From an uncultured bacterium (GTDB taxonomy: Bacteria; Patescibacteriota; Microgenomatia; UBA1400; PJMF01): DNA of 64,000 nt. The DNA is taken from positions 69,302 through 133,301 of the forward strand of contig CAIMNJ010000013.1 of NCBI GenBank assembly GCA_903842795.1, given 5' to 3'. Positions 38,195 through 48,667 of this stretch are shown piece after piece. A program made the translations under genes and the position numbers. The notes beneath the pieces were generated by a model that was given only the letters and a program-made list of their open reading frames with translations, did no database searches and was not told the DNA's origin. Position 1 is the stretch's first letter; each line of letters opens with the position of its first letter.

Positions 38195-38716
38195 TTAGTT
38201 GCCGGGGATGGCAGTGGGCTTCGGGGCAGGATCAATGTCCATGATGCGACAATAATCGAACTCCCAAATTTCCACGCATTTGCCGGTTTGGGTACTGTTG
38301 GTTTCGTTGATGGCGCACACTGGCTCAAAGTCCGCAGTGCAGGCAAAAGTGACGGTGTCGCCGGGAATCAAACCCATGACCTTGCGATCAGTGGTTTTGA
38401 TCACGATCGTGTCGCCAGGCTGTGCAAAATCCACAGCAGGGTCCACAGATCCGAGCAAACCGCGCAAAATGCCCTTGCCATCTTCCCAGTATCGTCCGCT
38501 GACGCTACCGACGCCATTGATCGAAGAGCCAGAAACGTAGGCGTGACCCACGGTGTAGCTCTCCAGATCTTGTTCCATCGTTAATTTGATGGTGTAGACG
38601 TTGGGGTCAACTTCAGAGGTGATGGTGACGCCAGTGTCGGTCTGCTGGGTGGGCGCACAAGCAACGAGCCCCAAAAGCCCCAAAAGCAACAAGGTATAGA
38701 ACATAACTTTTTTCAT
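38195..38716 (-). CDS. small secreted lipoprotein (lipobox LVAC) in a GC-rich patch
   Basis: MKKVMFYTLLLLGLLGLVAC signal with lipobox; GC clearly above the surroundings. Confidence 0.55.
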   Translation of the reverse strand: MKKVMFYTLLLLGLLGLVACAPTQQTDTGVTITSEVDPNVYTIKLTMEQDLESYTVGHAYVSGSSINGVGSVSGRYWEDGKGILRGLLGSVDPAVDFAQPGDTIVIKTTDRKVMGLIPGDTVTFACTADFEPVCAINETNSTQTGKCVEIWEFDYCRIMDIDPAPKPTAIPGN

Positions 38717-39000
38717 CTTACTTCTCCGTACAGACAGGTTACCTGATTTTTACAAACCAGGCGCATGAGTCTATTTTCTTGCGATAGCTCACACGGTCAA
38801 AAATTTACTTTTAAAGCAAATTTCTAACCGTGTGAGCCAAGACTCAAATCTAGAGTAGGGAAAAGAATATCTGTTGTTAAAGATCAGCTGATAAGAATTT
38901 AGCTTGTGTGCTCGCGATGAGCTCGTAGCATAGAAATATCAGCAAGATAACTTATATTATAGGATACTTTTGCCAAAATTGCAAGTCTAAGTAAAGTTTT

Positions 39001-39264
39001 TTGCCATATTTTGATATAATCACTTTTTGGCTCATGACTATAGAAAAAGATCTTAATCAGGATAAAGTGGTTGATTCAAATGCTTCTGGAGAAGAATTGG
39101 ATGAAGAAAGTGAAAAAAATCGTGAAATTTTGTTAATACTTCTTTTAGGCATTGAACTAGCTTTAGAAAATCCAAAAAATCTCAAAAGAATGCAACAAAT
39201 TTGGAGTTTTCATGATCCAGCTTATAAAAAGTGGCTAGAAAACCAGATCAAAGTAAGTCCTTAA
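39001..39264 (+). CDS. small hypothetical protein
   Basis: ORF only. Confidence 0.3.
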   Translation: MPYFDIITFWLMTIEKDLNQDKVVDSNASGEELDEESEKNREILLILLLGIELALENPKNLKRMQQIWSFHDPAYKKWLENQIKVSP

Positions 39265-39313
39265 AGCTTCTTTTATTTGACAGATAAATTGATTAAAGTC
39301 AGAATGAAATAGC

Positions 39314-40615
39314 ATGAAAAAGTTTGCTATTTTTGGTCGTTCTTCTTTTGCCACTAAGATTATTTTGCCAATGGTAATAACGATCTTAATTTTTGGATCA
39401 CTTACTGCTTTATTGGTGGCACGTTTGGTTTACAACCAATTGCTTAATAAAGAAAAAAATCAATTGTCTATAGTGGCTATGGAGCAAGCTCACGAGTCAT
39501 CGATTGTTTTATCTAGAACTCAGGTGGTAATTGATCAAATTGCGATTTTGCCAGAGACATTAGACTATTTGTCATCTGCTAAACCAAAAATTCAAGACGA
39601 AAATTTACTTGATCTTTTTAATGATTTCAATGTTGGTAAGAGTTTTTCATCTATTTATTTGCTAGATGCTTCTGGATCTGCTGTTGTTTCTACTGATCCT
39701 AAATTTATTGGACAAAATTACTCTTTTCGTCAATATTTTAAACAAAGCATGGATGGCAAAAGAGGTTTTGACGTTGCTGTAGGGGTAACCACTGGCATGC
39801 TTGGTCATTATTTATCTGCTCCAGTTATAGTCGAAGGTCAGGTAAAAGGTGTTTTGGTGGGCAAAATGGACCCAAATCTTTTATTGGCAGAAATAGATAC
39901 TAATGAAAAAGAGGAGAGTTCTTATCTTGGTTTAGAGCGTTTTATGACAGATGAATATGGAGTAATTGTTTTTTCTGGAGAAGAAGATCGGCTTTATGCG
40001 AGCTTGGGAGTTTTGTCTGAAAGTTTGTTGAATGCGGAGATGAGGAAAAAGAGATATGCAAAGGAAGAATTAATGCAGCTTCAATATCAAAAGGAAATGG
40101 ATGCAGTTTTGCAGCAACAAGAATTCACCCAGAGAGAATTTCTTGACGAACTAGATCAAGAAAGAGAGATTGTAACTTTAGCTAAAGTTGGAGGTTACCC
40201 CCTCTATGTTGTTATGGAAATGAATCTACGTCAGATCAATAACTCCGTTATTCAAGTGATTTCATTAATTGGTGCAGTAGTGGTTTTTGCTGCTTTATTT
40301 ACGGCTTTGGTGGTGGCTGGCTTGGTTACTTTGTGGCTAAAACCACTTAAGAAAATGCGCCAGATAGCAATGAATGTTGCTGCTGGGAATTTTAGTGAGC
40401 GCATTGATAATTTAGGCGATGATGAATTGGGTGATCTTGGTAGATCATTTAATGAAATGGCAAATTCTTTGGTAATAGCTAAAGAGAACGTTGAGGAGCA
40501 GGTGCGTGGTCGCACAGAAGAATTAACCAGGTTAAATAAATTTATGATTGGTCGTGAACTTAAGATGGCTGAACTAAAAAAACAAATCAATGAGGTGAAA
40601 AATGAAAAAAAATAA
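39314..40615 (+). CDS. Cache-like periplasmic sensor + HAMP domain protein lacking an output domain
   Basis: TM, about 280-aa extracytoplasmic region, second TM, HAMP (LKKMRQIAMNVAAGNFSERIDNLGDDELGDLGRSFNEMANSL), ends in a short coiled coil. Confidence 0.6.
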   Translation: MKKFAIFGRSSFATKIILPMVITILIFGSLTALLVARLVYNQLLNKEKNQLSIVAMEQAHESSIVLSRTQVVIDQIAILPETLDYLSSAKPKIQDENLLDLFNDFNVGKSFSSIYLLDASGSAVVSTDPKFIGQNYSFRQYFKQSMDGKRGFDVAVGVTTGMLGHYLSAPVIVEGQVKGVLVGKMDPNLLLAEIDTNEKEESSYLGLERFMTDEYGVIVFSGEEDRLYASLGVLSESLLNAEMRKKRYAKEELMQLQYQKEMDAVLQQQEFTQREFLDELDQEREIVTLAKVGGYPLYVVMEMNLRQINNSVIQVISLIGAVVVFAALFTALVVAGLVTLWLKPLKKMRQIAMNVAAGNFSERIDNLGDDELGDLGRSFNEMANSLVIAKENVEEQVRGRTEELTRLNKFMIGRELKMAELKKQINEVKNEKK

Positions 40616-42834
40616 ATTTTCAATCCCATTATTTGTAGAGGTAACTTTTTTTATAATTGCGGTGATTATTTTTAATTATCAGGCATTTCAATGGATTAAA
40701 AATAGCGAAATTCAAAATTGGCAATTATTCGCACAGAATGTGGTGGCAGGTCTCAATCCTAAACATATTGAAGAAATGAGAGGTGAAGTGAGCGATAGAG
40801 ATCAACCTAATTTTATTTATGTTAAAGATCAGTTACATAGAGCAATGGAAGTTGGCAAAGTTAACAAGATTCAATGGCTTTATTTATTGCGTGTTGATGG
40901 TAAAAAAGTAACTTTTATCAATGATTCAATCCTTAAGGGTGAGCCAGATTATACTGATCCTGGTGAAAGGTATATTGATTATCCTTATGCTGTTTTGCTT
41001 GCTCAGGAAACCAAAAAAGTGCAAATTGTTAGTTCTTATACTGATGAGTGGGGAACTTACACTTCTGTTTTTGTACCAATTTTAGATTGGAATACTTCTA
41101 AAGTTGTGGGAATTCTTGGAGTTGATATAGACGTAAACATTTATCGTAAAACTATTGCTCAAAAAATGGTTTGGCCAATTACGATTACTATTGCTGCCAC
41201 TTGGCTATTGATAGTACTGATTAGGCAGTTTAACAATCAAAAGATTTTGAAGGAAAATGAATCTTTATTCCACGTTCTAACCGATGGTGTTTTGGATGCT
41301 ATGGTTATTGTTGATGGTTTTGGAAAAATTGTTTTATGGAATAAAGCAGCGGAAAGTCTATTTAAGTTTAATAAGAGCGAAGTGATAAATAAAGATTTTA
41401 TAGGAACCATTTTCCCTAAGAATGAAAAGATTGATGTGGATAATCAAAAAATAAAAGATTTGCTTGAAATTTTTAAAAATGAAAAAAATCTTACCAAAAA
41501 TGAAGTTATAGAATTAAAAGTTTATGATAAAAATATGACTGATTTTGAAGCAGAGATTTCAATTTCATCAGTAAGATTAAATTCCCAATTACATACAGTC
41601 AGTGTAATTCGCGATGTTAGTGAGAAAAAAAGAAGAAATGACGAAATTTTGCTTAAAAATCAAGAAATTAACGATCAAGCAAAAGCAATTCTCAATATTC
41701 TAGATGATGTTAATCAAGAGAAAGATAAAGTTAAAAAACAAGCTGAAGATTTAAAAAAATTTGAAGCAGCAGTTAATCAATCAAATGAAATGATGGTTTT
41801 TTCTGATGTAAATGGTACAGTTTTGTGGGGTAATCCAGCTATTGAGAAGGATGACAGGATTTTCTTTGAATGAGGTTTTACGAGTCAAGGCAGGCTCACT
41901 TTGGGGTGGTTTGATGGATAAGAAGTATTATGAAAAGCTTTGGCACACTATCAAAGATGAGAAAAAAGTTTTTACAGACGTAATTCAAAATCATCGTAAG
42001 AATGGTGAATTGTTTACTTCCACAATTAATATTTATCCATTGTTGGATGAAGATGGTAATTCTAACATTTTTGTAGCCACGCAAAGAGATATTACTAGAG
42101 AAATTGAAATTGATCGTATGAAAACTGACTTTATTTCTTTAGCCTCTCATCAATTGCGTACGCCACTTTCAGGGATGAAATGGTTTTTGGAAATGCTTCT
42201 TGGTGGCGATATGGGCAAGTTAAGTAAAGAACAGCACGATGCAATTGAAAACATTGATAAATCAAATGAGAGAATGATTGCTTTGGTAGCTTCTTTGCTT
42301 AATATTTCTCGCATTGAGTCTGGTCGTATCATAGTTGATCCTGAACCAACAGATTTGGTTGCCTTAGCTCAGGGCGTAATTGATGAATTGAAGATCAAAT
42401 ACGATGACAAAAAACAATCTTTAATTATTAGCGCTGATAAAAATTTGCCAAAAATCAACTTAGATCCAAAATTAGTTAGACAAGTTTTCTTAAACTTGCT
42501 TACCAATGCTAATAAATATACTCAAGAAAAAGGTGAGGTTATTATCTTTATTTCTCAAAAAGATCAAGATGTTTTGGTGCAGGTTTCTGATGATGGTTAT
42601 GGTATTCCAGAACAAGAACAGCGAAAAATTTTCGAAAGGTTTTATCGTGCCAGCAATGTGGTTAAAAAAGAAACTGATGGCACTGGACTTGGATTGTATT
42701 TGGTAAAAGCAATTGTTGAATCTTCTGGTGGAAAGATTTGGTTTAAGAGTCAAGTAGATAAAGGCACCAGCTTTTGGTTTACTTTTCCACTTAAAGGTGT
42801 CAAAGCCAAAAAAGGAGAGGTCTCTTTGAGTTAA
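40602..42834 (+). pseudogene. multi-domain sensor histidine kinase (Cache-like-TM-PAS-PAS-HisKA-HATPase) interrupted by a +1 frameshift near 41848-41853; ORFs 40602..41873 and 41812..42834
   Basis: PAS sequence reads continuously across frames (...NGTVLWGNPAIEK|MTGFSLNEVLRVKAGSLWGG...) if one G in aaggatg is removed; H-box SLASHQLRTPLSGM, G-boxes DDGYGI, GTGLGLYLV in the second ORF. Confidence 0.55.
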
Positions 42835-42847
42835 TTGAAGGAAAAAT

Positions 42848-43243
42848 ATGACAGAGAAAAAAAATTATAGAATTATGATTGTCGAAGATGAGCCAATGCT
42901 TTTACGAGCTATTGTAACTAAGTTTGAGAAAATTGACATTGAGGTTATTGCTTGTGCCACTGGTCAAGAAGGTTTGGATTATTTAATCAAAGGAAAAAAA
43001 TTACCTGATGCTATTTGGTTGGATTATTATCTGACAGATATGAACGGTCTAGATTTTATTCATCAACTTAAGACACACAAAAGCTCTTTAGATATTCCAG
43101 TAATTGTTGTTTCAAATTCGGCAAATGATGATAATAAGAAAAATATGCTTGCACTTGGTATAAAAAAGTATATTCTGAAAGCAGATTACCGATTAGAAGA
43201 AATTGTAGATATACTAAAGGCAGTGATAAAGGAAAATTTATGA
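42848..43243 (+). CDS. single-domain response regulator (CheY-like receiver)
   Basis: IMIVEDEP...WLDYYLTDMNG...KKYILKADY receiver signature. Confidence 0.75.
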   Translation: MTEKKNYRIMIVEDEPMLLRAIVTKFEKIDIEVIACATGQEGLDYLIKGKKLPDAIWLDYYLTDMNGLDFIHQLKTHKSSLDIPVIVVSNSANDDNKKNMLALGIKKYILKADYRLEEIVDILKAVIKENL

Positions 43244-43593
43244 AAAAAATTTTGATAGCTGAGGATGATCAATTCTTAGCAAATGCTTATCGCATTAAAT
43301 TTGAAAAAGCAAATCTAGAAGTGCGAGTTTGCAGTGATGGTGAAGAGGCTTTGGAAGTAATTAAAACTTTTGCACCAGACTTAATTTTGCTAGACTTAAT
43401 GATGCCGAAAGTGGATGGTTTTGCTGTTTTAGAAAATATAAAAAGTAATGAAAATACCAAAAATATAAAGGTAATTGTAGCTTCCAATCTTGGTCAGAAT
43501 GAAGATGTTGAGAAAGCTAAGAATTTGGGAGCAGACGGCTATGTCGTCAAAAGTGATATGTCGATTTCAGACATACTCAAGCTTGTAGAGTAA
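43240..43593 (+). CDS. single-domain response regulator (CheY-like receiver)
   Basis: ILIAEDDQ...LDLMMPKVDG...GADGYVVKS receiver signature; start overlaps the upstream stop. Confidence 0.75.
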   Translation: MKKILIAEDDQFLANAYRIKFEKANLEVRVCSDGEEALEVIKTFAPDLILLDLMMPKVDGFAVLENIKSNENTKNIKVIVASNLGQNEDVEKAKNLGADGYVVKSDMSISDILKLVE

Positions 43594-43594
43594 T

Positions 43595-45259
43595 ATGAAC
43601 AAAGATACTGCCCTGTACGACAACCTATTGGCAATGGGAGTGTTGGACAAAAAACTACTTGATGATTGTAAAGATGAGGCTATTTCTTCTAGTAAGAGTT
43701 TGGCAGAGATTTTGGAAAACAGAGACTTAGTTAGTGATGAAAATTTGGGCAAATTAGCAGCAGATTTTTATCAGCTACCATTTCTGAATTTGGCAGAAAT
43801 TAAGTTGGAAAGAGAATTAGTAAACAAAATCCCCAAGGCCTATGCTCAGGCTAGAAAATGCATGGTTATTGGCAGGCATGATGATGCTTTGTTGGTGGCT
43901 ATTTCCAAGCCAGAAGATAAAGATTTATTTGAAGAATTAAGTGTGGTTCTTGGCAAAGTTGAGTATGGTTACACTACAGAGAGAAATATAGTTAAATCAC
44001 TGCGTGTTTATGATGCCAATCCTCAAGCTATGTTTGAGGAAATGATGAAAACAACTTTAAGTGAAGCTAAAACCGGCCAAAATGATCCTCCAATTATTAA
44101 AATAGTTGAGAAAATTTTAGTTTATGGATATGAGCAAGGTGCTTCTGATATTCATATTGAGCCAACAGAAGAAGTGACTCATGTTCGCTATCGTGTTGAT
44201 GGCTTACTAAATGATGTTTTAACTATTCCCAAAGAATTGCATGAAAAGATTGTTACTAGAATCAAGGTGATGGCTCATATGCGCACTGATGAGCAGCATA
44301 GTGCTCAAGATGGTAAGTTAAATTTTGTGACTGAGGTGGAAAAAGTGGATGTTAGAGTTTCTATTGTGCCTATTATTGAGGGAGAAAATGTAGTTTTACG
44401 TTTACTTTCTGCCCAATCTAGACAATATTCTTTACTCGATCTTGGTCTTAATAAAGATGCAGCTAAAAAGATTGAAGAAGCAATTAAAAATCCTCACGGC
44501 ATGATTCTAACCACTGGTCCAACCGGTTCTGGTAAAACTACCACTCTTTACTCTTTGTTGAAGCGTTTAAATGTTCGTGGTGTGCACATTATGACCATTG
44601 AGGATCCAGTGGAATATGTGATTGCTGGAGTCAATCAGATTCAGGTGAGTGATGCCAATAATTTAACTTTTGCAGAGGGATTACGCACCATTGTTCGCCA
44701 AGATCCAAACATTATCCTTGTGGGTGAAATTCGTGATGATGAGGCAGCTGATATTGCTGTGAATGCAGCCATGACTGGACATTTGGTTTTATCCACTTTG
44801 CATACCAATGATGCTGCCACCGCTATACCAAGACTTTTGGATATGAAAGTTGAGCCATTTTTGATTGCTAGTACTGTCAATGTAATTGTTGCTCAGCGTT
44901 TGGTTCGCAAACTTTGTAATGTTTGCCGTGTTAGTGAAGAAGTAACAGTCGAAGAATTAAAAAAGAAGTGGGGTGAGAAACTAATTGAAAGGCATTTTGA
45001 TCAGGAAAAAGTTAGGCTTTATACAGCCAAAGGTTGTGAAATTTGTGGAGGTAGTGGCTACAAAGGTAGAGTAGGTATTTTTGAGGTGCTCAAAATGAAT
45101 GATGTTTTGCGTGCTGCCATAATTGATAAAAAAGACGCTAGTGAAATTAGCAAAATTGCCGTAGAAGCAGGCATGCAAAGTATGTTTGAAGACGGCATCG
45201 ATAAAGTTAAAACTGGCGTCACTTCTCTAGAAGAAGTCCTAAGAGTAACAATGGAATAA
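43595..45259 (+). CDS. pilB: type IV pilus assembly ATPase PilB (GspE family)
   Basis: N-terminal GSPII_E_N-like region, Walker A GPTGSGKTTTLYS, Asp box, His box LSTLHTND, C-terminal tetracysteine CNVC...CEICGGSG. Confidence 0.85.
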   Translation: MNKDTALYDNLLAMGVLDKKLLDDCKDEAISSSKSLAEILENRDLVSDENLGKLAADFYQLPFLNLAEIKLERELVNKIPKAYAQARKCMVIGRHDDALLVAISKPEDKDLFEELSVVLGKVEYGYTTERNIVKSLRVYDANPQAMFEEMMKTTLSEAKTGQNDPPIIKIVEKILVYGYEQGASDIHIEPTEEVTHVRYRVDGLLNDVLTIPKELHEKIVTRIKVMAHMRTDEQHSAQDGKLNFVTEVEKVDVRVSIVPIIEGENVVLRLLSAQSRQYSLLDLGLNKDAAKKIEEAIKNPHGMILTTGPTGSGKTTTLYSLLKRLNVRGVHIMTIEDPVEYVIAGVNQIQVSDANNLTFAEGLRTIVRQDPNIILVGEIRDDEAADIAVNAAMTGHLVLSTLHTNDAATAIPRLLDMKVEPFLIASTVNVIVAQRLVRKLCNVCRVSEEVTVEELKKKWGEKLIERHFDQEKVRLYTAKGCEICGGSGYKGRVGIFEVLKMNDVLRAAIIDKKDASEISKIAVEAGMQSMFEDGIDKVKTGVTSLEEVLRVTME

Positions 45260-45262
45260 AGA

Positions 45263-46318
45263 ATGAAAGTCAAAATTAAAATTAGTGAAGTTGAGATTTT
45301 GATGTTTACCAAGCATTTGGCTGTAATGGTCAAGGCTGGTATTCCAATTACGGAAGCCTTGTCCAATATAGGTACTTCGGCTTCAGGCAATTCAAAAAAA
45401 ATTATTAAATTGATTTTAGATAGGGTTGATCAGGGTGATACGTTAGCTGATGCTATCGGCAAAAGTTCTCCAAGTTTTGATAATATTTATATTTCTTTAA
45501 TTCGCATTGGTGAAGAGTCTGGTAAATTGGATGTAACTTTATCTTTCCTAGCTACACAATTAGCTAAAGTTTATAGCTTACGTCGTAAAATCAAAAGTGC
45601 AACCTTATATCCAACTTTGGTGATTGGACTCATGTTTACGGTTGGCATGAGTTTGGCCTTATTTGTTTTGCCAAAATTAACTGATTTTTTTGTAGCTTTT
45701 GGTGCTGATTTGCCAATGTCGACCAAGATTCTTTTGTGGGTGGCCAACTTAATGAAAAATTATGGAATTTTACTTGTTGGAGGCATGATTGGCTTAATTG
45801 TTTTACTTGGCCTAATCTTAAACACTAAATCAATTAAACCATGGTGGCACAAAGTTCTCTTTCATTTACCTTATTTAGGCAAACTTAATCAAGACAGCAA
45901 AATTACTGAGTCATTGCGTAATTTGAGTATTTTGCTTTCTTCAGGAGTGCCAATCGCTCAATCTTGGAGGATCATAAGTGATGCGACCAACAATGAGTTT
46001 TTGCGTTTAGATCTACTCAAGATTGGTGAAGAAATTCAAAAAGGTTCAATGATTAGTGAAGGCATACAAAAAAGAAAAATCACTTCAATCCCATCATTGG
46101 CTCAAAAAATGATTTCCATTGGTGAGCGCACTGGCAAGATTGATGAAATGTCGATGTATGTGGCTGATTATTATGAGGAAGAATTAGATAGTGCTAGTAA
46201 AAATTTGGCCACTGTACTTGAGCCAATTTTGTTAATCATTGTTGGCTTATTGGTAGCCTTTTTAGCCCTAGCGATTATTAGCCCAATTTATCAAATAACA
46301 GGGAGCATAGGAGGTTAA
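45263..46318 (+). CDS. pilC: type IV pilus inner-membrane platform protein PilC (GspF family)
   Basis: Two GspF repeats and three TM segments; directly downstream of pilB. Confidence 0.8.
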   Translation: MKVKIKISEVEILMFTKHLAVMVKAGIPITEALSNIGTSASGNSKKIIKLILDRVDQGDTLADAIGKSSPSFDNIYISLIRIGEESGKLDVTLSFLATQLAKVYSLRRKIKSATLYPTLVIGLMFTVGMSLALFVLPKLTDFFVAFGADLPMSTKILLWVANLMKNYGILLVGGMIGLIVLLGLILNTKSIKPWWHKVLFHLPYLGKLNQDSKITESLRNLSILLSSGVPIAQSWRIISDATNNEFLRLDLLKIGEEIQKGSMISEGIQKRKITSIPSLAQKMISIGERTGKIDEMSMYVADYYEEELDSASKNLATVLEPILLIIVGLLVAFLALAIISPIYQITGSIGG

Positions 46319-46321
46319 AAT

Positions 46322-46474
46322 ATGAAAAAAACAAAAACTCAAAGCAAGTCGAAGGCAAAAGCCCCAGCTTGCAATTGTTGGTGTTGTAGAGTGGTTCCAA
46401 AACCATTGGATATCTTTATTTTGCTTGGTGCATCTATTTTAATTGTTTATGTTTTTATCAAAATGGCAGTCTAG
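46322..46474 (+). CDS. small (50 aa) Cys-rich membrane protein, hypothetical
   Basis: Strong SD (ggaggttaaaat-ATG), CNCWCC cluster followed by one TM helix; too short for the ORF track. Confidence 0.3.
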   Translation: MKKTKTQSKSKAKAPACNCWCCRVVPKPLDIFILLGASILIVYVFIKMAV

Positions 46475-46886
46475 CAAAGGCTTGACGCTCATAGAATTAC
46501 TGCTGGTAGTGGCCCTTATTGCCACTATTGCAGTGATGGCAGCTCCCTTTGCTGGTCAACTTTATCAGCGTGTCAATCTCGCCACCACCAATAGTGTGGT
46601 GATTTCTGCCTTGCACAAAGCTCAAGCCAATTCAATGGAAGGTAAAGGAGATGCTGGTTGGGGGATTTGTTTGACTGGCGGCAAAGTGCGTGTTTATCTT
46701 GGAACTTGCGCTAGCCCCACACAAAAAGAAGATTGGAGTGTTGTTAGTACGGTGACGATTTCTGGTTTAAATGACACTACTTTTTCCAGATTGAGAGGCG
46801 AACCAAGTGCAGCGTTATCTGTAACAATTAGTAATTTAGCAGGAAATAAAACTGTTACAGTTAATCAGGCAGGAGGGATATGGTAA
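46443..46886 (+). CDS. prepilin-type N-terminal cleavage/methylation domain protein (pilin/pseudopilin)
   Basis: Class III signal ...SSKG|LTLIELLLVVALIA. Confidence 0.7.
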   Translation: MFMFLSKWQSSKGLTLIELLLVVALIATIAVMAAPFAGQLYQRVNLATTNSVVISALHKAQANSMEGKGDAGWGICLTGGKVRVYLGTCASPTQKEDWSVVSTVTISGLNDTTFSRLRGEPSAALSVTISNLAGNKTVTVNQAGGIW

Positions 46887-48667
46887 AAAAATCGCAAGGT
46901 GCCTTTGGTTTAATTGAAATCATCTTGGCGGTGGGGATTTTTGGTTTGGTGGCGGGTAGTGGAGTTTTGACTGTTTTACATAGCTTTAATCTCAATCGTC
47001 TTGGAGAGCAAGAAACTCAGGCAGCTAATTTTGCCAACCAAGGTTTAGAAGCAGTACGTTCTATTCGTAAAGTTGGCTGGAGCAATTTGGTTAATGGTAC
47101 TTACGGCTTGAGTTCTAGTGGCGGCTCATGGGCTTTTTCTGGCAGCAGCGATACTAATGGCAAAATGACTCGCACTGTAGTTATTGCAGATGGCAATCGT
47201 GATGGGAATGGCAATATTGTTGACGTAGGAACAGTTGATCCAGATTTAAAAAAGGTGACCAGCACAGTTACTTGGAGCTTTGGTCCAACTCGCAATGATA
47301 GTGTAGTAACAACTGAATATTTTACTAATTTTGCCAAAGCAATCGCCAATGCTGGAGATGGTTTATTGACTTATTCCAATGCTTCGCTTTTACCAAAGTG
47401 GAAGAGTTATGGGAATACAGTAAATACTTTTGGATCGGTGACGGATATGCCTAGTGGAGCGGTGGCACGCAATTGGGCGAGTGCTGTTTCACCCACCAAA
47501 AACGAGATGACCGCTGTTTATACTGATAACGCTGGCAATCTTAGAGTGATGTGTTTCAATGGTAGCACTTGGAGTCAGGATTTTAGCGTTACTGTGGGAG
47601 GTGCAGGGACGACGCGCCGTTTTGATGTAGCTTATGAAACTGGTAGTGGTGATGCGATGGTTGTTTATTCTACCAATGTGGGTACTACTAATGAGTTGGC
47701 TTATATTACCAAGGTAGGAGCGAATGACTGTGGCAGTGCAAATTGGAGTGCTGCTACCAATTTGGATCCGGTTCGTACAACAGGCATTGTTCATTGGGTT
47801 AAGATTGCTGAGGATGATCGTGTGGGATCAAATTTACTGGCAATGGTTTGGGCTGATGCTAATTCGGATTTGTCCGCAATGATTTGGTCTGGTAGTGCTT
47901 GGACCAACGAGCCAACCGCAGTGACAGAAGCTAGTTTGGAAGTGGTGACGATTGCGCAAGATGTAGAGGATTTTGACATAGAATATGAATCTTTATCTGG
48001 TGACATCATGCTTGTTTGGGCTAATTCTGCTGGAAGTAATGCAGTAAATGGCGTTCGTTATAGAGTTTGTACTGGTGGTACCAGTGCTTGTACTTGGGGA
48101 GCAGTGACCACCCCACCAACTTTTTTGGATGATGCAACTAATCTTGATTTGGCTGCAGATCCAAGTAGTGATGCAATGGTTTTTGCTTCGATTGGTAATG
48201 CTGGTTCTGATTTACAAAACGGTTATTGGAGTGGTTCGGCTTGGACCAATGTTGCTAATGCTGATACTAGTTGCGGTACTCCAACTGCTGGAAGTAAAAA
48301 AGTTGCGGTTGGTTGGTTGAATTCTGGAGCTACTAAGCGTAGTTTGGTGGTTTATAACGATAGTGCTGCCACAGGAATTGATTGGCGCACTGGCAGTGCT
48401 GGGACTTTTACCGCTCAGACTGATTGGGTTCCGACGCCAGTTATGAATGCAACCAAAGGTTATATTGAATTGATTGCTGATCCGAAAAATTTAGATAGAC
48501 TAAGTTTAGTGGTGGTTGATGGAGCTAGTGATTTATTTACCAAAAGAGTGGTAATGACTTCAGTTCCTGCTTTTACTTGGACAAATAGTGATGGTGGAGT
48601 GGCTCATGATGTGGCTTTACCATCTTTTGTAGCTAATCCATTTAGTTTTAATTATTGGAGAAATTAA
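46880..48667 (+). CDS. large (595 aa) prepilin-type minor pilin, candidate tip adhesin
   Basis: N-terminus KKSQGAFGLIEIILAVGIFGLVA prepilin motif, then a long Gly/Thr/Ser/Trp-rich beta-type region. Confidence 0.65.
   Translation: MVKKSQGAFGLIEIILAVGIFGLVAGSGVLTVLHSFNLNRLGEQETQAANFANQGLEAVRSIRKVGWSNLVNGTYGLSSSGGSWAFSGSSDTNGKMTRTVVIADGNRDGNGNIVDVGTVDPDLKKVTSTVTWSFGPTRNDSVVTTEYFTNFAKAIANAGDGLLTYSNASLLPKWKSYGNTVNTFGSVTDMPSGAVARNWASAVSPTKNEMTAVYTDNAGNLRVMCFNGSTWSQDFSVTVGGAGTTRRFDVAYETGSGDAMVVYSTNVGTTNELAYITKVGANDCGSANWSAATNLDPVRTTGIVHWVKIAEDDRVGSNLLAMVWADANSDLSAMIWSGSAWTNEPTAVTEASLEVVTIAQDVEDFDIEYESLSGDIMLVWANSAGSNAVNGVRYRVCTGGTSACTWGAVTTPPTFLDDATNLDLAADPSSDAMVFASIGNAGSDLQNGYWSGSAWTNVANADTSCGTPTAGSKKVAVGWLNSGATKRSLVVYNDSAATGIDWRTGSAGTFTAQTDWVPTPVMNATKGYIELIADPKNLDRLSLVVVDGASDLFTKRVVMTSVPAFTWTNSDGGVAHDVALPSFVANPFSFNYWRN

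Noticed and set aside
38280-38584. + strand ORFs overlapping the GC-rich lipoprotein gene
   Set aside because: High GC inflates random ORF length; the minus-strand ORF has a clear signal peptide and lipobox, while the plus-strand ORFs have no signals.
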